Shown here piece after piece: positions 18,435-28,119 of a DNA stretch of 64,000 bases. This DNA comes from Candidatus Saccharimonadota bacterium (GTDB taxonomy: Bacteria; Patescibacteriota; Saccharimonadia; Saccharimonadales; DTSZ01). Under the pieces are notes generated by a model. That model made no database searches. It had not been told where the DNA came from and worked only from the letters and a program-made list of their open reading frames with translations. The stretch covers positions 156,937 to 220,936 of the forward strand of contig DTSZ01000001.1 in NCBI GenBank assembly GCA_012965045.1, read 5' to 3'. Position 1 is the first letter of the stretch. The number at the start of each line of letters is the position of its first letter. The position numbers were made by a program, and so were the translations under genes.

Positions 18435-19022
18435 TTATGAAAATGTCTGAAGCAATACAGCAAGTACTAGAGGTATAAACACATTATCGGACCCAACTGG
18501 CGACACGGCTTCTATAGCGGTTAAAATCAGGGCAAATGCAATAACTCCGTCCCACCAAATATTAATAAAGTCAAAATACCCACCCAGAGCTAGTACGCCT
18601 ATTGTAATAATCAAAAATGTCGAACTGCCTACGACGCTGGCGGTTGTATCGCCAAGTCGTAATTTTGGCGATCGCCACCACTTTCCTGCTAAGCTCGCGG
18701 CTGAATCAGCAAATGCCAGTACAGCAACACATACAAAGAATTCGCGCGCCGAATCGACAATCAAGCTGGCTGCTAATAACCCAATTGGGTAAAAAATTTC
18801 ACCGTAGGTACGGCGATACACGTCGTGCATAACTGGGAAAATCATTAAGTAACGGATGGCGATAAAAACTAACAAGCTACCAAATGCCAAATACGGAATT
18901 ATTTCTAGATCAAAAATTGCTGCAGCAAATAAAAAACAAAGACCAAATAAAACGTGGACGATTTTTCGCGCTAACTCGTGATGTAAATTTAAAATCCGCT
19001 CAATAGCGGCAAGCGTTTTCAT
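18435..19022 (-). CDS. Polytopic membrane protein, dolichol-kinase / CdsA-like family (tentative)
   Basis: 195 aa, about 6 TM helices, with an FADSAASLAGKWW segment reminiscent of the cytidylyltransferase / polyprenol kinase family. Confidence 0.4.
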   Translation of the reverse strand: MKTLAAIERILNLHHELARKIVHVLFGLCFLFAAAIFDLEIIPYLAFGSLLVFIAIRYLMIFPVMHDVYRRTYGEIFYPIGLLAASLIVDSAREFFVCVAVLAFADSAASLAGKWWRSPKLRLGDTTASVVGSSTFLIITIGVLALGGYFDFINIWWDGVIAFALILTAIEAVSPVGSDNVFIPLVLAVLLQTFS

Positions 19023-19284
19023 TATGTAAACTATAGCACTTTCTGAGTTTACGTTTGTTCAGTAGGCCGATTTAACATGACAATATCACCATAATTACAA
19101 AATTAAAACTTCGTGTTGTTATATATGTTTTATCTGATCAAACCGATTATTTATCCACAAGCAGAATTGACTTGGTTATGTAATTTGCTATGCTTAATCG
19201 CGTGCCAAAATTTTGGCACATTTTCACACATCAGACAAAGCTGAAAATCAAACAAGTTAGCTCAACAATTAGTAATAAAAAGCC

Positions 19285-19309
19285 AAACAACGGCAATTGC
19301 CGTTGTTTT
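19285..19309 (+). promoter_or_regulatory. Terminator-like hairpin inside the 5' leader of the LysM/Rpf gene (possible attenuator)
   Basis: aaacaacggc-aatt-gccgttgttt followed by t. It lies 30 nt upstream of the ATG at 19339. There is no upstream plus-strand gene for it to terminate. Confidence 0.4.
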
Positions 19310-19338
19310 GCATCTGTGTGTGGAGTTCAAGGAGGAAC

Positions 19339-20172
19339 ATGAATAGTAAGAAAAGCGCTCATTTAGCGTTTGAATCAGTGTTTGTTGCAATTGCGACATT
19401 TATTTTAAGTTTAGCCGTGGTTAATGCCCATCAGGGAATGACCGCGACCAGCTCAGAATATAGGCCAATCCAACAACAGCTGGAAATGCTATCTACCCGC
19501 GAGGTAGAGGCCGTCGAAGAACAGGTTCAAGAAGAGCCTACTCAACAGTCTGAAGCCGAGCAGCAGCCTGTTGAAGAGACCGAGACTGTAGACGACCAGC
19601 CAGTCGAAGAAACCGAAGAAGAACCTACAGAAGAAACAGCAGCTATAAGTAACCCAAGCTCTGTTGTAGTTAAGCCAGGTGACACGTTAGGTAGTATTGC
19701 TAGTCAGCACAACACAACCTTTAAGCGGTTGTACGATGCAAACCCGCAAATTGTCGACCCAGACATTATTAATCCAGGGCAAGTAATTACTATTCCTTCG
19801 CCTGACGAAAAACTGACCGAAAGAACGCTGCCCGCTAAAAAAGCTCCAGCTGTCGCGGTTGAAAAAGTAGAGACAAAAGTGATTAAGCCAGCAGCTGTTC
19901 CTGCTAAGAAGGCATCAACAACTACATCGTCTAACGCAAGTGTCTGGGATAAATTAGCCCAGTGTGAGTCGTCTGGTAATTGGAGTATTAACACCGGTAA
20001 CGGATATTACGGCGGCTTACAGTTTAGTCTTTCCAGCTGGCAGTTTGTCGGCGGCAGCGGCTATCCTCACCAAGCCAGTAAACAGGAGCAAATAAACCGT
20101 GCCGAAAAACTTCTAGCCATTCAAGGTTGGGGTGCATGGCCTGCCTGTAGTGCAAAGCTCGGTTTACGTTAA
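19339..20172 (+). CDS. Secreted/anchored cell-wall hydrolase: LysM domain plus Rpf-type (resuscitation-promoting-factor-like) transglycosylase domain
   Basis: aaggagga RBS, an N-terminal TM helix, an acidic linker, LysM (VKPGDTLGSIA...GQVITIP), and a C-terminal WDKLAQCESSGNW...GLQF...GAWPAC Rpf signature. Confidence 0.85.
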   Translation: MNSKKSAHLAFESVFVAIATFILSLAVVNAHQGMTATSSEYRPIQQQLEMLSTREVEAVEEQVQEEPTQQSEAEQQPVEETETVDDQPVEETEEEPTEETAAISNPSSVVVKPGDTLGSIASQHNTTFKRLYDANPQIVDPDIINPGQVITIPSPDEKLTERTLPAKKAPAVAVEKVETKVIKPAAVPAKKASTTTSSNASVWDKLAQCESSGNWSINTGNGYYGGLQFSLSSWQFVGGSGYPHQASKQEQINRAEKLLAIQGWGAWPACSAKLGLR

Positions 20173-20200
20173 ACACATCTAAGGATGTCTAAAAGTAAAT

Positions 20201-20374
20201 TTACGCGTCTCGGATTCGTAGTTCGTTGCCGTCACGTTCGATAATTAGTTCTTGATTATCTTGCCAGCGCAGCTCGCGAATAAGGTGGATGGGGATGGTT
20301 AGCGAATAGCTCCTTCCCTGTCCACTCTTGAATAGTTTTCTAATATTGCTCTCTTCGAATCTACGAGTACCCAT
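20201..20374 (-). CDS. AbrB/SpoVT/MazE-like small DNA-binding protein (57 aa)
   Basis: My own translation gives MGTRRFEESNIRKLFKSGQGRSYSLTIPIHLIRELRWQDNQELIIERDGNELRIRDA. It shows the swapped-hairpin-like LTIPxxxxxxL...G...I pattern, with an aaagga RBS. Confidence 0.5.
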   Translation of the reverse strand: MGTRRFEESNIRKLFKSGQGRSYSLTIPIHLIRELRWQDNQELIIERDGNELRIRDA

Positions 20375-20400
20375 AGTTTTTTAATCCTTTCGAAAATTTC

Positions 20401-20549
20401 TATTTGTTACTGATTAACAACATCCTTCTTTGCTGATTGATTAGCGATCTGGTTCTTGACCATTAATTCAACCTAGTTTTTGCTGACCGATTGCAACTTA
20501 ATTTTTAGCGACCAATCAAGAATCTAATTCTTACCGGACAATCAACGAC
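20401..20549. repeat. Array of six degenerate ~24-27-bp direct repeats (iteron/operator-like)
   Basis: Units start at 20401, 20426, 20450, 20474, 20498 and 20525. Each has a T-rich head followed by a ttgctGAyyrATTnnnAAC-like core. Confidence 0.6.
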
Positions 20550-20575
20550 TTTATACAAATGGTTTATACCACTGC

Positions 20576-20610
20576 TTGCTCATGTTTAATACATGTTTAA
20601 ACATGAGCAA
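20576..20610. promoter_or_regulatory. Perfect 14-bp inverted repeat with 7-nt spacer
   Basis: ttgctcatgtttaa (20576-20589) with ttaaacatgagcaa (20597-20610), immediately followed by tagttatataat (-10-like). Confidence 0.5.
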
Positions 20611-20776
20611 TAGTTATATAATAACAAATAATAGGTAATGGTAGGTGTGGTGCTATGGGTTTTGCTGATGAGCTAACCGTATAGTGAAATGTTTTAGATT
20701 TTATTTAATATGCACTCCATTCAACTCACAGCTGTATAGCGGCGTGTAGCTCCCTGTTCTGCTAAAGCGAGATCTA

Positions 20777-22363
20777 TTGGCTTCGGACTTGTATTTACGA
20801 GATACTAGTTGGGTGAAACAGTTCCAAGCCCTCGACATCTTAAAACTTGGTCACAGCGTGTTTTTAACTGGTGCGCCTGGTGCTGGTAAGACATTTGTTT
20901 TAAACCAGTTTATTGACCATCTTCATGAGCACGACATTAACGTCGGTATAACCGCCAGTACTGGCATTGCCGCAACCCATATTGGTGGATCTACGATTCA
21001 TAGCTGGAGTGGCATTGGCATTAAAGACGACCTAGACGACATGGCTCTTTCGAAACTTATCAATAAATCGAGCCATAAAAGCCGGCTTAAATTTGTAAGG
21101 GTTTTGATTATTGACGAAATCTCTATGCTCGACGGTGCTCGTATGGATCTGCTGAATAAGCTGCTTAAGCGGGCTAAAAGTTCAAATAAACCCTTTGGTG
21201 GCGTACAGGTTGTTATGACTGGTGATTTGTTTCAGCTACCACCTGTTAGCAAGAATTCAGAGCCTGATTTTCCGCACCTATCAAACGCGTGGCGCGAACT
21301 AAACCCGGTCATTTGCTATTTGTCAGAACAACACCGCGCCGAAGATCCTCAATTACTCGATATTTTAGATGCTATGCGCAAACAGGAGCTTGAAGAAGCA
21401 CATTTTTCTACGCTTCAAGAACAACAAACTGAACACACCGACACGGCTATTACTAAACTCTACACCCATAACATGGACGTTGATCAAATTAACCATCGTG
21501 AACTCAAAAAGATCGATAACGAGGAGCAGCTGTTTAGCATGCAGGGCTCAGGTCGTGAGCCGCTTGTTGAAGTTCTTGCCAAAGGCTGCTTAGCTCCGGA
21601 GGCATTAGTACTTAAAAAAGGCGCCGAAGTGCTATTTGTAGCCAATAAGCCCGCCAACGGCTATTTTAACGGCACCCGTGGCGAAGTTATCGGCTTCGAT
21701 GACGGCAAGCCTGTAGTTAAAATTCATAATTCCGGCCGCGACGTAACCGTAGAGCGAGCTAGTTGGCAGGTAAAAGATGGCGACAAGGTGCTGGCAGAAA
21801 TAACACAGTTCCCTTTGCGCTTAGCTTGGGCAATTACAGTCCATAAGAGCCAAGGTATGAGCTTAGACGCTGCTGAAATTGATTTAAGCAAAGCATTCAC
21901 GCCAGGTATGGGTTATGTTGCTATATCCCGCGTACGCACCTTAGACGGCCTTAAACTAAAAGGATTAAACAACATGGCAATGCGAGTACACCCGGGCGTA
22001 GCCGAGTTTGATAAAAAGCTACAAGAGCGCTCTAATCATGCCATTGATAGCTTGTCTAACTTTAAAAAAAGTAAGCTAAAAAAAGCCCACCAAGCAGTGG
22101 CTGCTAATTTAAGCCTAGACTACCCCAACTACGACAAAGATTTATTTGCTAAATTTAAAGACTGGCGAACCGCACAAGCTAAAAAACAAAGTATTCCACC
22201 TTATATGGTACTGAGCGACAAGTCGCTCTATGCCTTGTCTGCCGAAAAACCGCAAACCCTCGCAAAGCTAACTACTATACCGGGTATTGGTGCAGTGAAG
22301 CGCGATCAGTACGCCGAGGATTTGTTGACGCTTATCAATCAGGCGAGCGGCAAGCTACTCTAG
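20777..22363 (+). CDS. PIF1/RecD-family (SF1B) DNA helicase with C-terminal HRDC-like domain
   Basis: Walker A GAPGAGKT, IIDEISM (Walker B), GDLFQLPPV, and ITVHKSQG. The C-terminal PPYMVLSDKSLYALSAEKPQTLAKLTTIPGIG matches the HRDC pattern. TTG start, since there is no in-frame ATG upstream of the P-loop. Confidence 0.8.
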   Translation: MASDLYLRDTSWVKQFQALDILKLGHSVFLTGAPGAGKTFVLNQFIDHLHEHDINVGITASTGIAATHIGGSTIHSWSGIGIKDDLDDMALSKLINKSSHKSRLKFVRVLIIDEISMLDGARMDLLNKLLKRAKSSNKPFGGVQVVMTGDLFQLPPVSKNSEPDFPHLSNAWRELNPVICYLSEQHRAEDPQLLDILDAMRKQELEEAHFSTLQEQQTEHTDTAITKLYTHNMDVDQINHRELKKIDNEEQLFSMQGSGREPLVEVLAKGCLAPEALVLKKGAEVLFVANKPANGYFNGTRGEVIGFDDGKPVVKIHNSGRDVTVERASWQVKDGDKVLAEITQFPLRLAWAITVHKSQGMSLDAAEIDLSKAFTPGMGYVAISRVRTLDGLKLKGLNNMAMRVHPGVAEFDKKLQERSNHAIDSLSNFKKSKLKKAHQAVAANLSLDYPNYDKDLFAKFKDWRTAQAKKQSIPPYMVLSDKSLYALSAEKPQTLAKLTTIPGIGAVKRDQYAEDLLTLINQASGKLL

Positions 22364-22364
22364 T

Positions 22365-22943
22365 TTAGTTATACGGGTACGTTGTTCTGAAGTCTGCTGG
22401 ATTGGCAGTATATTGCGTTCCGTTGTAGACAATTGTCATTGAGGATGGTCCTTCCCCATCCTGACGTGAAGCCACCACTTTAGCTCCGAATGGCAAAGTT
22501 TTTACATAGTTAGTGCTGTAGTACTCTTCTGCTGCTGCGACTTGCGCGCCAGACTTGTTGACTACGTACGCGACCGTTTCTCCGTAGGCGAACTCTTCTT
22601 GAGGTGAATTATACAAATCGTAATTGGGCTGAGGGCCTTGGTTTTGTTCCGGAGCTGGTTTGGGTGTGGTTGGTGCAGTGCTTTGACTTACTTCTTTTTC
22701 GGCTGGTTCTGGCTCCGATGCTTCGGCTTCATTTTCAGCTTCTTCAGCTGCGAGTCGCTGAGCCTCGGCTTCTTGTTGAGCCAACAGCAACTGCTCTTCG
22801 TCGATTATCAGTGAATCTTCTTGCGTGGTCTTTGACGACCTATCTACGCTAACGACTCTAAAAATAACAAAACCAATCATAGCTACTGCTATTACCACTA
22901 AGCCAAGCTCAATAACTGCAAATCCTTTTGTATTTATTTTCAT
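22365..22943 (-). CDS. Type IV pilin-like protein (prepilin-type N-terminus)
   Basis: N-terminus KGFAVIELGLVVIAVAMIG (G|F-x-x-x-E class III signal), followed by an acidic low-complexity linker and a small globular C-terminus. Confidence 0.6.
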   Translation of the reverse strand: MKINTKGFAVIELGLVVIAVAMIGFVIFRVVSVDRSSKTTQEDSLIIDEEQLLLAQQEAEAQRLAAEEAENEAEASEPEPAEKEVSQSTAPTTPKPAPEQNQGPQPNYDLYNSPQEEFAYGETVAYVVNKSGAQVAAAEEYYSTNYVKTLPFGAKVVASRQDGEGPSSMTIVYNGTQYTANPADFRTTYPYN

Positions 22944-23143
22944 CTATGTACCGCCTATTTTTTATTTTGTAATTATATAAAATTATAATAGCATACGTAG
23001 CATTGTTCTGAGGTTTAAGACTAGTAGTCACTGCAAATATGTGCAGGAGCAACCGTAGCCAGTTTACATCGGATCTAGCAGATTACATCAGAGTCAAAAT
23101 TATCACACTATACAAAATTGTACGATCGGCAATTTTTGTATAG

Positions 23144-23655
23144 TTACTGCGTCAAATCGCTTCTTTGTATTTCTACTTTTGCATCTTTCTTTAGGGCGCC
23201 GTCTTCGTCTAAAACAGAATAATTAATCCAAAACTTTTGTGTATCGAGCGTCCATAATCTCATTTGGTCTCGCTGCCGATACTGGCTGGGCTGTGCCATA
23301 GTTTTATCAAACTGCTCCCTTTTTGCATTGAAATAAACTATGTATTTGTTAATTGCATGAGTGTCTAGAATTTCTGGGTTAGCGCACCGTAAATAAAGGC
23401 CCCCGCCAGCGTTCGCCTCATACAAAACAATGGAGGCTTGTTTATTCCGTAATAAATTATTGGAGTGCTGTGAGTTTGGGTGGGACGCCCAAATAAATTT
23501 GCTTAAATCTTTATTGAAGGCAAAAAAACCGGGCTATTGTGCGGCGAGCCGTCTTCGTTGACCGTGGCAATAGCCGCATGCTGGATATTGCTAATCAGCC
23601 ATTTAGCACGCTCTATTCTGTAGATAATTTGTTTGTCTGGATTTTCGCTACTCAT
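23144..23655 (-). pseudogene. Pyridoxamine-5'-phosphate-oxidase-family (general stress protein 26-like) gene split by a frameshift in a T7 run
   Basis: Frame 1 runs from the ATG at 23655 to a stop at 23503-23505. Frame 2 continues to 23144. Reading through ccg gtt ttt ttg (A7 at 23522-23528 on the plus strand) with a -1 shift gives ...ATVNEDGSPHNSPVFFAFNKDLSKFIWASHPNS..., a continuous PNPOx-like sequence. Confidence 0.65.
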
Positions 23656-24064
23656 CTATGTTCTTAAATCTACCGTCCTTATAAGGTGGAAAACATATCT
23701 CATAAAAAACTAAATCTTCGACGGCAGCCCATTGCATCGTATCGCCAACGAACACTTCGATCTGATTCTGTTCAGAAGTTTCAGAAAATTTATAAGTTTC
23801 AGCCACCCCATTGCTTCTTTGCACGTTGAGTGTTCCTTTGCCGGACACATAGCCTTCAATTGTTCTAGTGCCCTTAAGAACTAGTTGAAGCGGTGTTTTA
23901 CGTCCAGCTTCTACGGCAATAATCCCCAGGTCCATATCCGAATTACCAGTAAACTCGTAAACCTGGCAAACAACACCTTCTTTAACTTGCTGTGTATCTA
24001 TTAAATCCACAGCAAGTGTTTTGCCTTCAAATTCAAATTCCTTCAAGAACTTCATTGTAGTCAA
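23648..24064 (-). CDS. Hypothetical protein, cupin-like beta-barrel (tentative)
   Basis: 138-aa ORF in the hsp20-clpB transcription unit. The beta-rich pattern is the only support. Confidence 0.4.
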   Translation of the reverse strand: MTTMKFLKEFEFEGKTLAVDLIDTQQVKEGVVCQVYEFTGNSDMDLGIIAVEAGRKTPLQLVLKGTRTIEGYVSGKGTLNVQRSNGVAETYKFSETSEQNQIEVFVGDTMQWAAVEDLVFYEICFPPYKDGRFKNIDE

Positions 24065-24080
24065 AAGTATACGCTAGTTC

Positions 24081-26651
24081 TTAGGCCTCGAAGACTACAC
24101 TAGAATTCTTATAGTTAGTAGTCACTTTAGAGTTCTCTTTCACTTTGCCTTCAATAATATCGAGCGCTAATGGGTCGAGGATTTTTTGCTGGATTAGGCG
24201 TTTTAGCGGCCGAGCACCGTAGCTTGGGTCGTAACCTTGTTCGGCCAGCATTTCTTTAACCTCTTTTGATATATCAAGTGTGATATTCTTTGATTCTTGC
24301 AAGTGCTTTATAACATTTGTGAGTTGAATTTCGACAATATTGCTCATTAGGTCTTTTCCTAATCTGTTAAACACAACAAGCTCATCGATACGGTTTAGAA
24401 ATTCCGGCTTAAAGTGGTTGCGCAAGGCGGTATCGATCACTGTCTGCACTTTTTCATCCTCGTCCTGACTGGCGTCGAGAATTGCTTGGCTGCCGACGTT
24501 GCTCGTCATGATTATGATTGTGTTCGTAAAGTTGACAGTCCTGCCCTGACCATCTGTTAACCGGCCATCATCAAGCACTTGCAGCAATGTGTTAAATACG
24601 TCTGGGTGGGCTTTTTCTATTTCGTCAAACAGCACTACACTGTACGGACGTCGTCGAACAGCTTCTGTTAGTTGACCGCCTTGGTCATAGCCGACGTAGC
24701 CTGGCGGCGAGCCAATCAATCGCGACACCGCATGCTGCTCCATATATTCGGACATGTCTATTCGTACGACGGCCTGATCGTCGTTGAATAATTGCTCTGC
24801 TAGTGCTTTAGTGAGCTCTGTTTTACCAACACCGGTTGGACCCAAGAATAAAAATGAGCCAATTGGTTTGTTTTGGTCAGATATGCCAGCTCGCGACCGG
24901 CGTATTGCGTTAGATACTGCGGTTACTGCTTGGTCTTGGCCAACTACTCGGTTTTTAAGTTGATCTTCTAAGCTACTAAGTTTGTGAGCTTCTGTTTCGA
25001 GCAGTTTGCTTACCGGTATTCCTGTCCATCGACCAACAACTTGGGCGATGTCTTCACTGGTTACTTCTTCGCGCAACATGCGTTCAGATTCTGGAATTTT
25101 TTCTAGTTCTTGGCGTTTTGCTTTAATTTCATCGTCTAGTTTGGGTAATTGCGAGTATTTAATTTCACTCGCACGCTGCAAATCACCCTCGCGTTCGGCT
25201 CGTTCTTCTTCGGCCCGCAACCCATCAATTTTTTCGCTGGCTTGGTTTATTGCGTCAAGTAAATCTTTTTCATGCTTCCAGCGTTGCTCCAGCCCCTTGG
25301 CACTTTCTTGTAGGTTGGCTATTTCTCCTTCAATCTCTTTTTTACGATCCTTGGCTTTTTTATCTTTTTTGAGTGATTCACGCTCAATCTCGAGCTGGCG
25401 GATCTTGCGCTTTAGTCGGTCGAGCTCTGTGGGCATAGAGTCGATTTCAATTTTGAGTGCACTAGTAGCTTCGTCAATTAAGTCGACTGCTTTGTCTGGC
25501 AAAAACCTGTCGGCAATGTAGCGCTTGCTAAGTTGAGCGGCAGACACTAGGGCGTCGTCGGTGATGGATACTCCGTGGTGTACCTCATATTTTTCCTGTA
25601 AGCCACGTAAAATCGTGATCGTGTCATCAACAGATGGTTCATCGACAAAGACTGGCTGGAATCTGCGTTCAAGAGCGGCATCTTTTTCTACATGTTGGCG
25701 ATATTCGTCGAGCGTGGTGGCGCCAATCATGTGTAATTTACCGCGAGCCAGCATAGGTTTTAGCATATTGGCAGCGTCAACTGCACCTTCGGCTTTGCCA
25801 GCGCCAACAATAGTGTGCATTTCGTCGATAAATAAAATTATTTCACCAGCGGCTTTTTCGACTTCTGACAAAACCGACTGCAGCCGCTCTTCAAATTCAC
25901 CTCTAAACTTAGCTCCAGCCAAAAGCGTGCCGATTTCTAATGCAATTAGACGCTTGTTTTTAAGAGTATTCGGTACGTCGCCGGCTACAATTCGCTGGGC
26001 TAGTCCTTCTACAATTGCAGTCTTGCCGACTCCCGGCTCTCCGATTAATACTGGATTATTTTTGGTACGACGACTAAGCACTTGCATGACGCGTCGGATT
26101 TCTTCGTCGCGACCGATAACCGGGTCTAATTTGCCTTCTTCTGCAATCTTCGTAAAATCTTGGCCAAATTTATCAAGAGTGTTCATAGTGTTTTCCGGAT
26201 TTTGGCTTTTCACGTTTTCTCCTTTTCGCATATTGATTAGTTTGTCTTTGGTTTTCTTATAGGTTAGATCCGTTGTTGCCCAGTCAAAACCAATATTGTT
26301 TGCGAGCGAAGCAAGTAATATATGCTCTGTCGATAAGTGACTATCATCTAAGTTGTTCATTTCTTTATGTGCTAGTGACACAAGTTTTTGAAACTCAGAC
26401 GATGGTCGCACATCGACAGCAGATTGCACGTCTGTGCTAGTTGGCAGGGATTCAACCGTATTGATAAACGAATTCTTGATTGAATCAAGATCGTCCTGCT
26501 GCAGTAACGCCTTAAAAGCAGTATCTGTTTGGCTAGACAGTGCCAAGAGCAAATGAGCGGGCTCAAGCGTAGGATTAGAATTTGAGCCCGCTAAGCTAAC
26601 TGCCTCTTGCAGCGCTTGCTGAACCTTAAATGTCATTTGCTCTGGATTCAC
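24081..26651 (-). CDS. clpB: ATP-dependent disaggregase ClpB
   Basis: 856 aa, with two AAA+ modules (GEPGVGKT and GPTGVGKT Walker A motifs), a long coiled-coil middle domain and a Clp N domain. Confidence 0.95.
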   Translation of the reverse strand: MNPEQMTFKVQQALQEAVSLAGSNSNPTLEPAHLLLALSSQTDTAFKALLQQDDLDSIKNSFINTVESLPTSTDVQSAVDVRPSSEFQKLVSLAHKEMNNLDDSHLSTEHILLASLANNIGFDWATTDLTYKKTKDKLINMRKGENVKSQNPENTMNTLDKFGQDFTKIAEEGKLDPVIGRDEEIRRVMQVLSRRTKNNPVLIGEPGVGKTAIVEGLAQRIVAGDVPNTLKNKRLIALEIGTLLAGAKFRGEFEERLQSVLSEVEKAAGEIILFIDEMHTIVGAGKAEGAVDAANMLKPMLARGKLHMIGATTLDEYRQHVEKDAALERRFQPVFVDEPSVDDTITILRGLQEKYEVHHGVSITDDALVSAAQLSKRYIADRFLPDKAVDLIDEATSALKIEIDSMPTELDRLKRKIRQLEIERESLKKDKKAKDRKKEIEGEIANLQESAKGLEQRWKHEKDLLDAINQASEKIDGLRAEEERAEREGDLQRASEIKYSQLPKLDDEIKAKRQELEKIPESERMLREEVTSEDIAQVVGRWTGIPVSKLLETEAHKLSSLEDQLKNRVVGQDQAVTAVSNAIRRSRAGISDQNKPIGSFLFLGPTGVGKTELTKALAEQLFNDDQAVVRIDMSEYMEQHAVSRLIGSPPGYVGYDQGGQLTEAVRRRPYSVVLFDEIEKAHPDVFNTLLQVLDDGRLTDGQGRTVNFTNTIIIMTSNVGSQAILDASQDEDEKVQTVIDTALRNHFKPEFLNRIDELVVFNRLGKDLMSNIVEIQLTNVIKHLQESKNITLDISKEVKEMLAEQGYDPSYGARPLKRLIQQKILDPLALDIIEGKVKENSKVTTNYKNSSVVFEA

Positions 26652-26654
26652 TGT

Positions 26655-27092
26655 TTATTTCTTCTTTCCTGCTTTTATAGCAATCTTTTTAGGTTTAGGT
26701 AGTTCTTTAAATGGAACAATGACTTTTAGTACCCCATTTTCAAAATGTGCCTCAACTTTTTCTTCATTAGCGTGTTGAGGTAGACGAATGCTTCTATAAA
26801 AACTAGAACTAGATTCACGAACCACATATTTTCGTTTGTCCTTATCCTTGTTTTCTTCTTTTGCTGACTTTTGTGCGCGGACTTCAAGTGCACCTTCGTG
26901 CACGCTCACTTCTACTTCGTCCTCGCTAAAACCAGGCATAGCAAATTCGCCAATCAACTCTTTGTCTTCATTGACGTAGACGTCAGCGGTTGGGAGTGTC
27001 ATTGACTGGCTTCCACCAAACGCGCTTCCAAAAAGCTGTTTTTGAAGCTCTTCGAAGTCAGAAAATGGGTCAAATCGCATTAATTTACTCAT
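26655..27092 (-). CDS. Small heat-shock protein (Hsp20/alpha-crystallin family)
   Basis: An alpha-crystallin domain pattern (AMPGF...V...GVL.V..P) lying 3 nt upstream of clpB. Confidence 0.85.
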   Translation of the reverse strand: MSKLMRFDPFSDFEELQKQLFGSAFGGSQSMTLPTADVYVNEDKELIGEFAMPGFSEDEVEVSVHEGALEVRAQKSAKEENKDKDKRKYVVRESSSSFYRSIRLPQHANEEKVEAHFENGVLKVIVPFKELPKPKKIAIKAGKKK

Positions 27093-27159
27093 GAATCCTC
27101 CTCTTATTAATTTTTAAATAAGAAGTGGTTATTTAAAACCACAAGTATATTATAGAAAA

Positions 27160-27186
27160 CTAGCACTCTCGGGTCAAGAGTGCTAG
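27160..27186 (-). promoter_or_regulatory. CIRCE operator (HrcA-binding inverted repeat) upstream of hsp20-clpB
   Basis: ctAGCACTC-N9-GAGTGCTag matches the consensus TTAGCACTC-N9-GAGTGCTAA. A tataat box follows 7 nt downstream on the minus strand. Confidence 0.8.
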
Positions 27187-27440
27187 TTAGGCCATACTTT
27201 ATTTAAAATATAGTCCACTGTGTTGCCTGTACTGTAGCCACCACCTGCCACTTGAGCAAAACTAATCAGTGCTTCAGCCATGCGCCCATAGCGCTCTTGG
27301 ATTTGTAGCGTTTTGGCTTGTTCTTCAGTCAGCTGCCTTTGGAGTTCTAGTAATGGGTCGTCTTCTAATTCAAGACCATTACGAATGTCATTTAACCGCT
27401 TGCTAGCGTCTATTTGAGATTTTGATGGTCCAATTAACAT
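27183..27440 (-). CDS. Hypothetical protein (85 aa)
   Basis: The ORF abuts the adenosyltransferase gene's stop codon. No motif recognised. Confidence 0.4.
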   Translation of the reverse strand: MLIGPSKSQIDASKRLNDIRNGLELEDDPLLELQRQLTEEQAKTLQIQERYGRMAEALISFAQVAGGGYSTGNTVDYILNKVWPN

Positions 27441-28025
27441 TTAGTAATCTATTCCCTTATTTGCGATATATTTATCATCAAAATGGTGCTTTATTTTAGT
27501 CATGTTTGTAGCAATATCTACTTTCGGTAGTAGTTGCCTAGGAAAGTCACGACCGGTCATGCATAAAGATGTTTTTTGGCCGGTTGCATCGATCAATTTT
27601 TCTACTTGTTCTACCGTAAGCAATCCGTCGTTTACGGCATTATTAATTTCGTCACACACAACTAAGTCAAAGCTTCCTGATTGAACAGACTCCAGAGCGA
27701 AATCGTAGGTTTCTGCGGCGGCCTGTTTATGTTGGTCTTCGCTTACGCCTTTGGCACTGATTTCACCCGCTTTAAAAAAGCCCTTGCCGCCTTTGTAAAA
27801 GACTAGATCATCGCCGTATAGGTCGGAGGCGTCGTTTAGAAAGTTGTGCTCGCCAACATCCCAGTATTTTATGAATTGCACAAAGGCAACGCGCCAACCT
27901 GTGCCCAGGGCACGCACAGTGAGCCCTAGTCCAGCAGAGGTTTTACCTTTGCCTTCGCCGGTGTAAACAATAATTACGCTGTCTTTATGCTTGAAGTCTT
28001 CAAAAGCCATTAATGTAAGTATCAC
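27441..28025 (-). CDS. Cob(I)yrinic acid a,c-diamide / cob(I)alamin adenosyltransferase (CobA/BtuR family)
   Basis: IVYTGEGKGKTSAGLG P-loop, FVQFIK, and CDEI motifs. Confidence 0.8.
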   Translation of the reverse strand: MILTLMAFEDFKHKDSVIIVYTGEGKGKTSAGLGLTVRALGTGWRVAFVQFIKYWDVGEHNFLNDASDLYGDDLVFYKGGKGFFKAGEISAKGVSEDQHKQAAAETYDFALESVQSGSFDLVVCDEINNAVNDGLLTVEQVEKLIDATGQKTSLCMTGRDFPRQLLPKVDIATNMTKIKHHFDDKYIANKGIDY

Positions 28026-28119
28026 CTATTTTGCCAAAGCTAGCTAGTCTTGCTGGCAGTAGGTTTTAGTAAGAATCCAGACATAAATCTCTCACGCTGT
28101 TGAGATACTGGACTACAAA

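Noticed and set aside
19030-19338. c-di-AMP (ydaO) riboswitch upstream of the Rpf-type gene
   Set aside because: It is expected by analogy with actinobacterial rpf genes, but the leader is AT-rich and I cannot find the conserved GC-rich ydaO segments. Only generic hairpins are reported.
25006-26262. Long plus-strand ORFs (171 and 233 aa) opposite clpB
   Set aside because: They are Ser/Arg-rich low-complexity translations lying entirely antisense to a strongly supported clpB gene. These are typical shadow ORFs.
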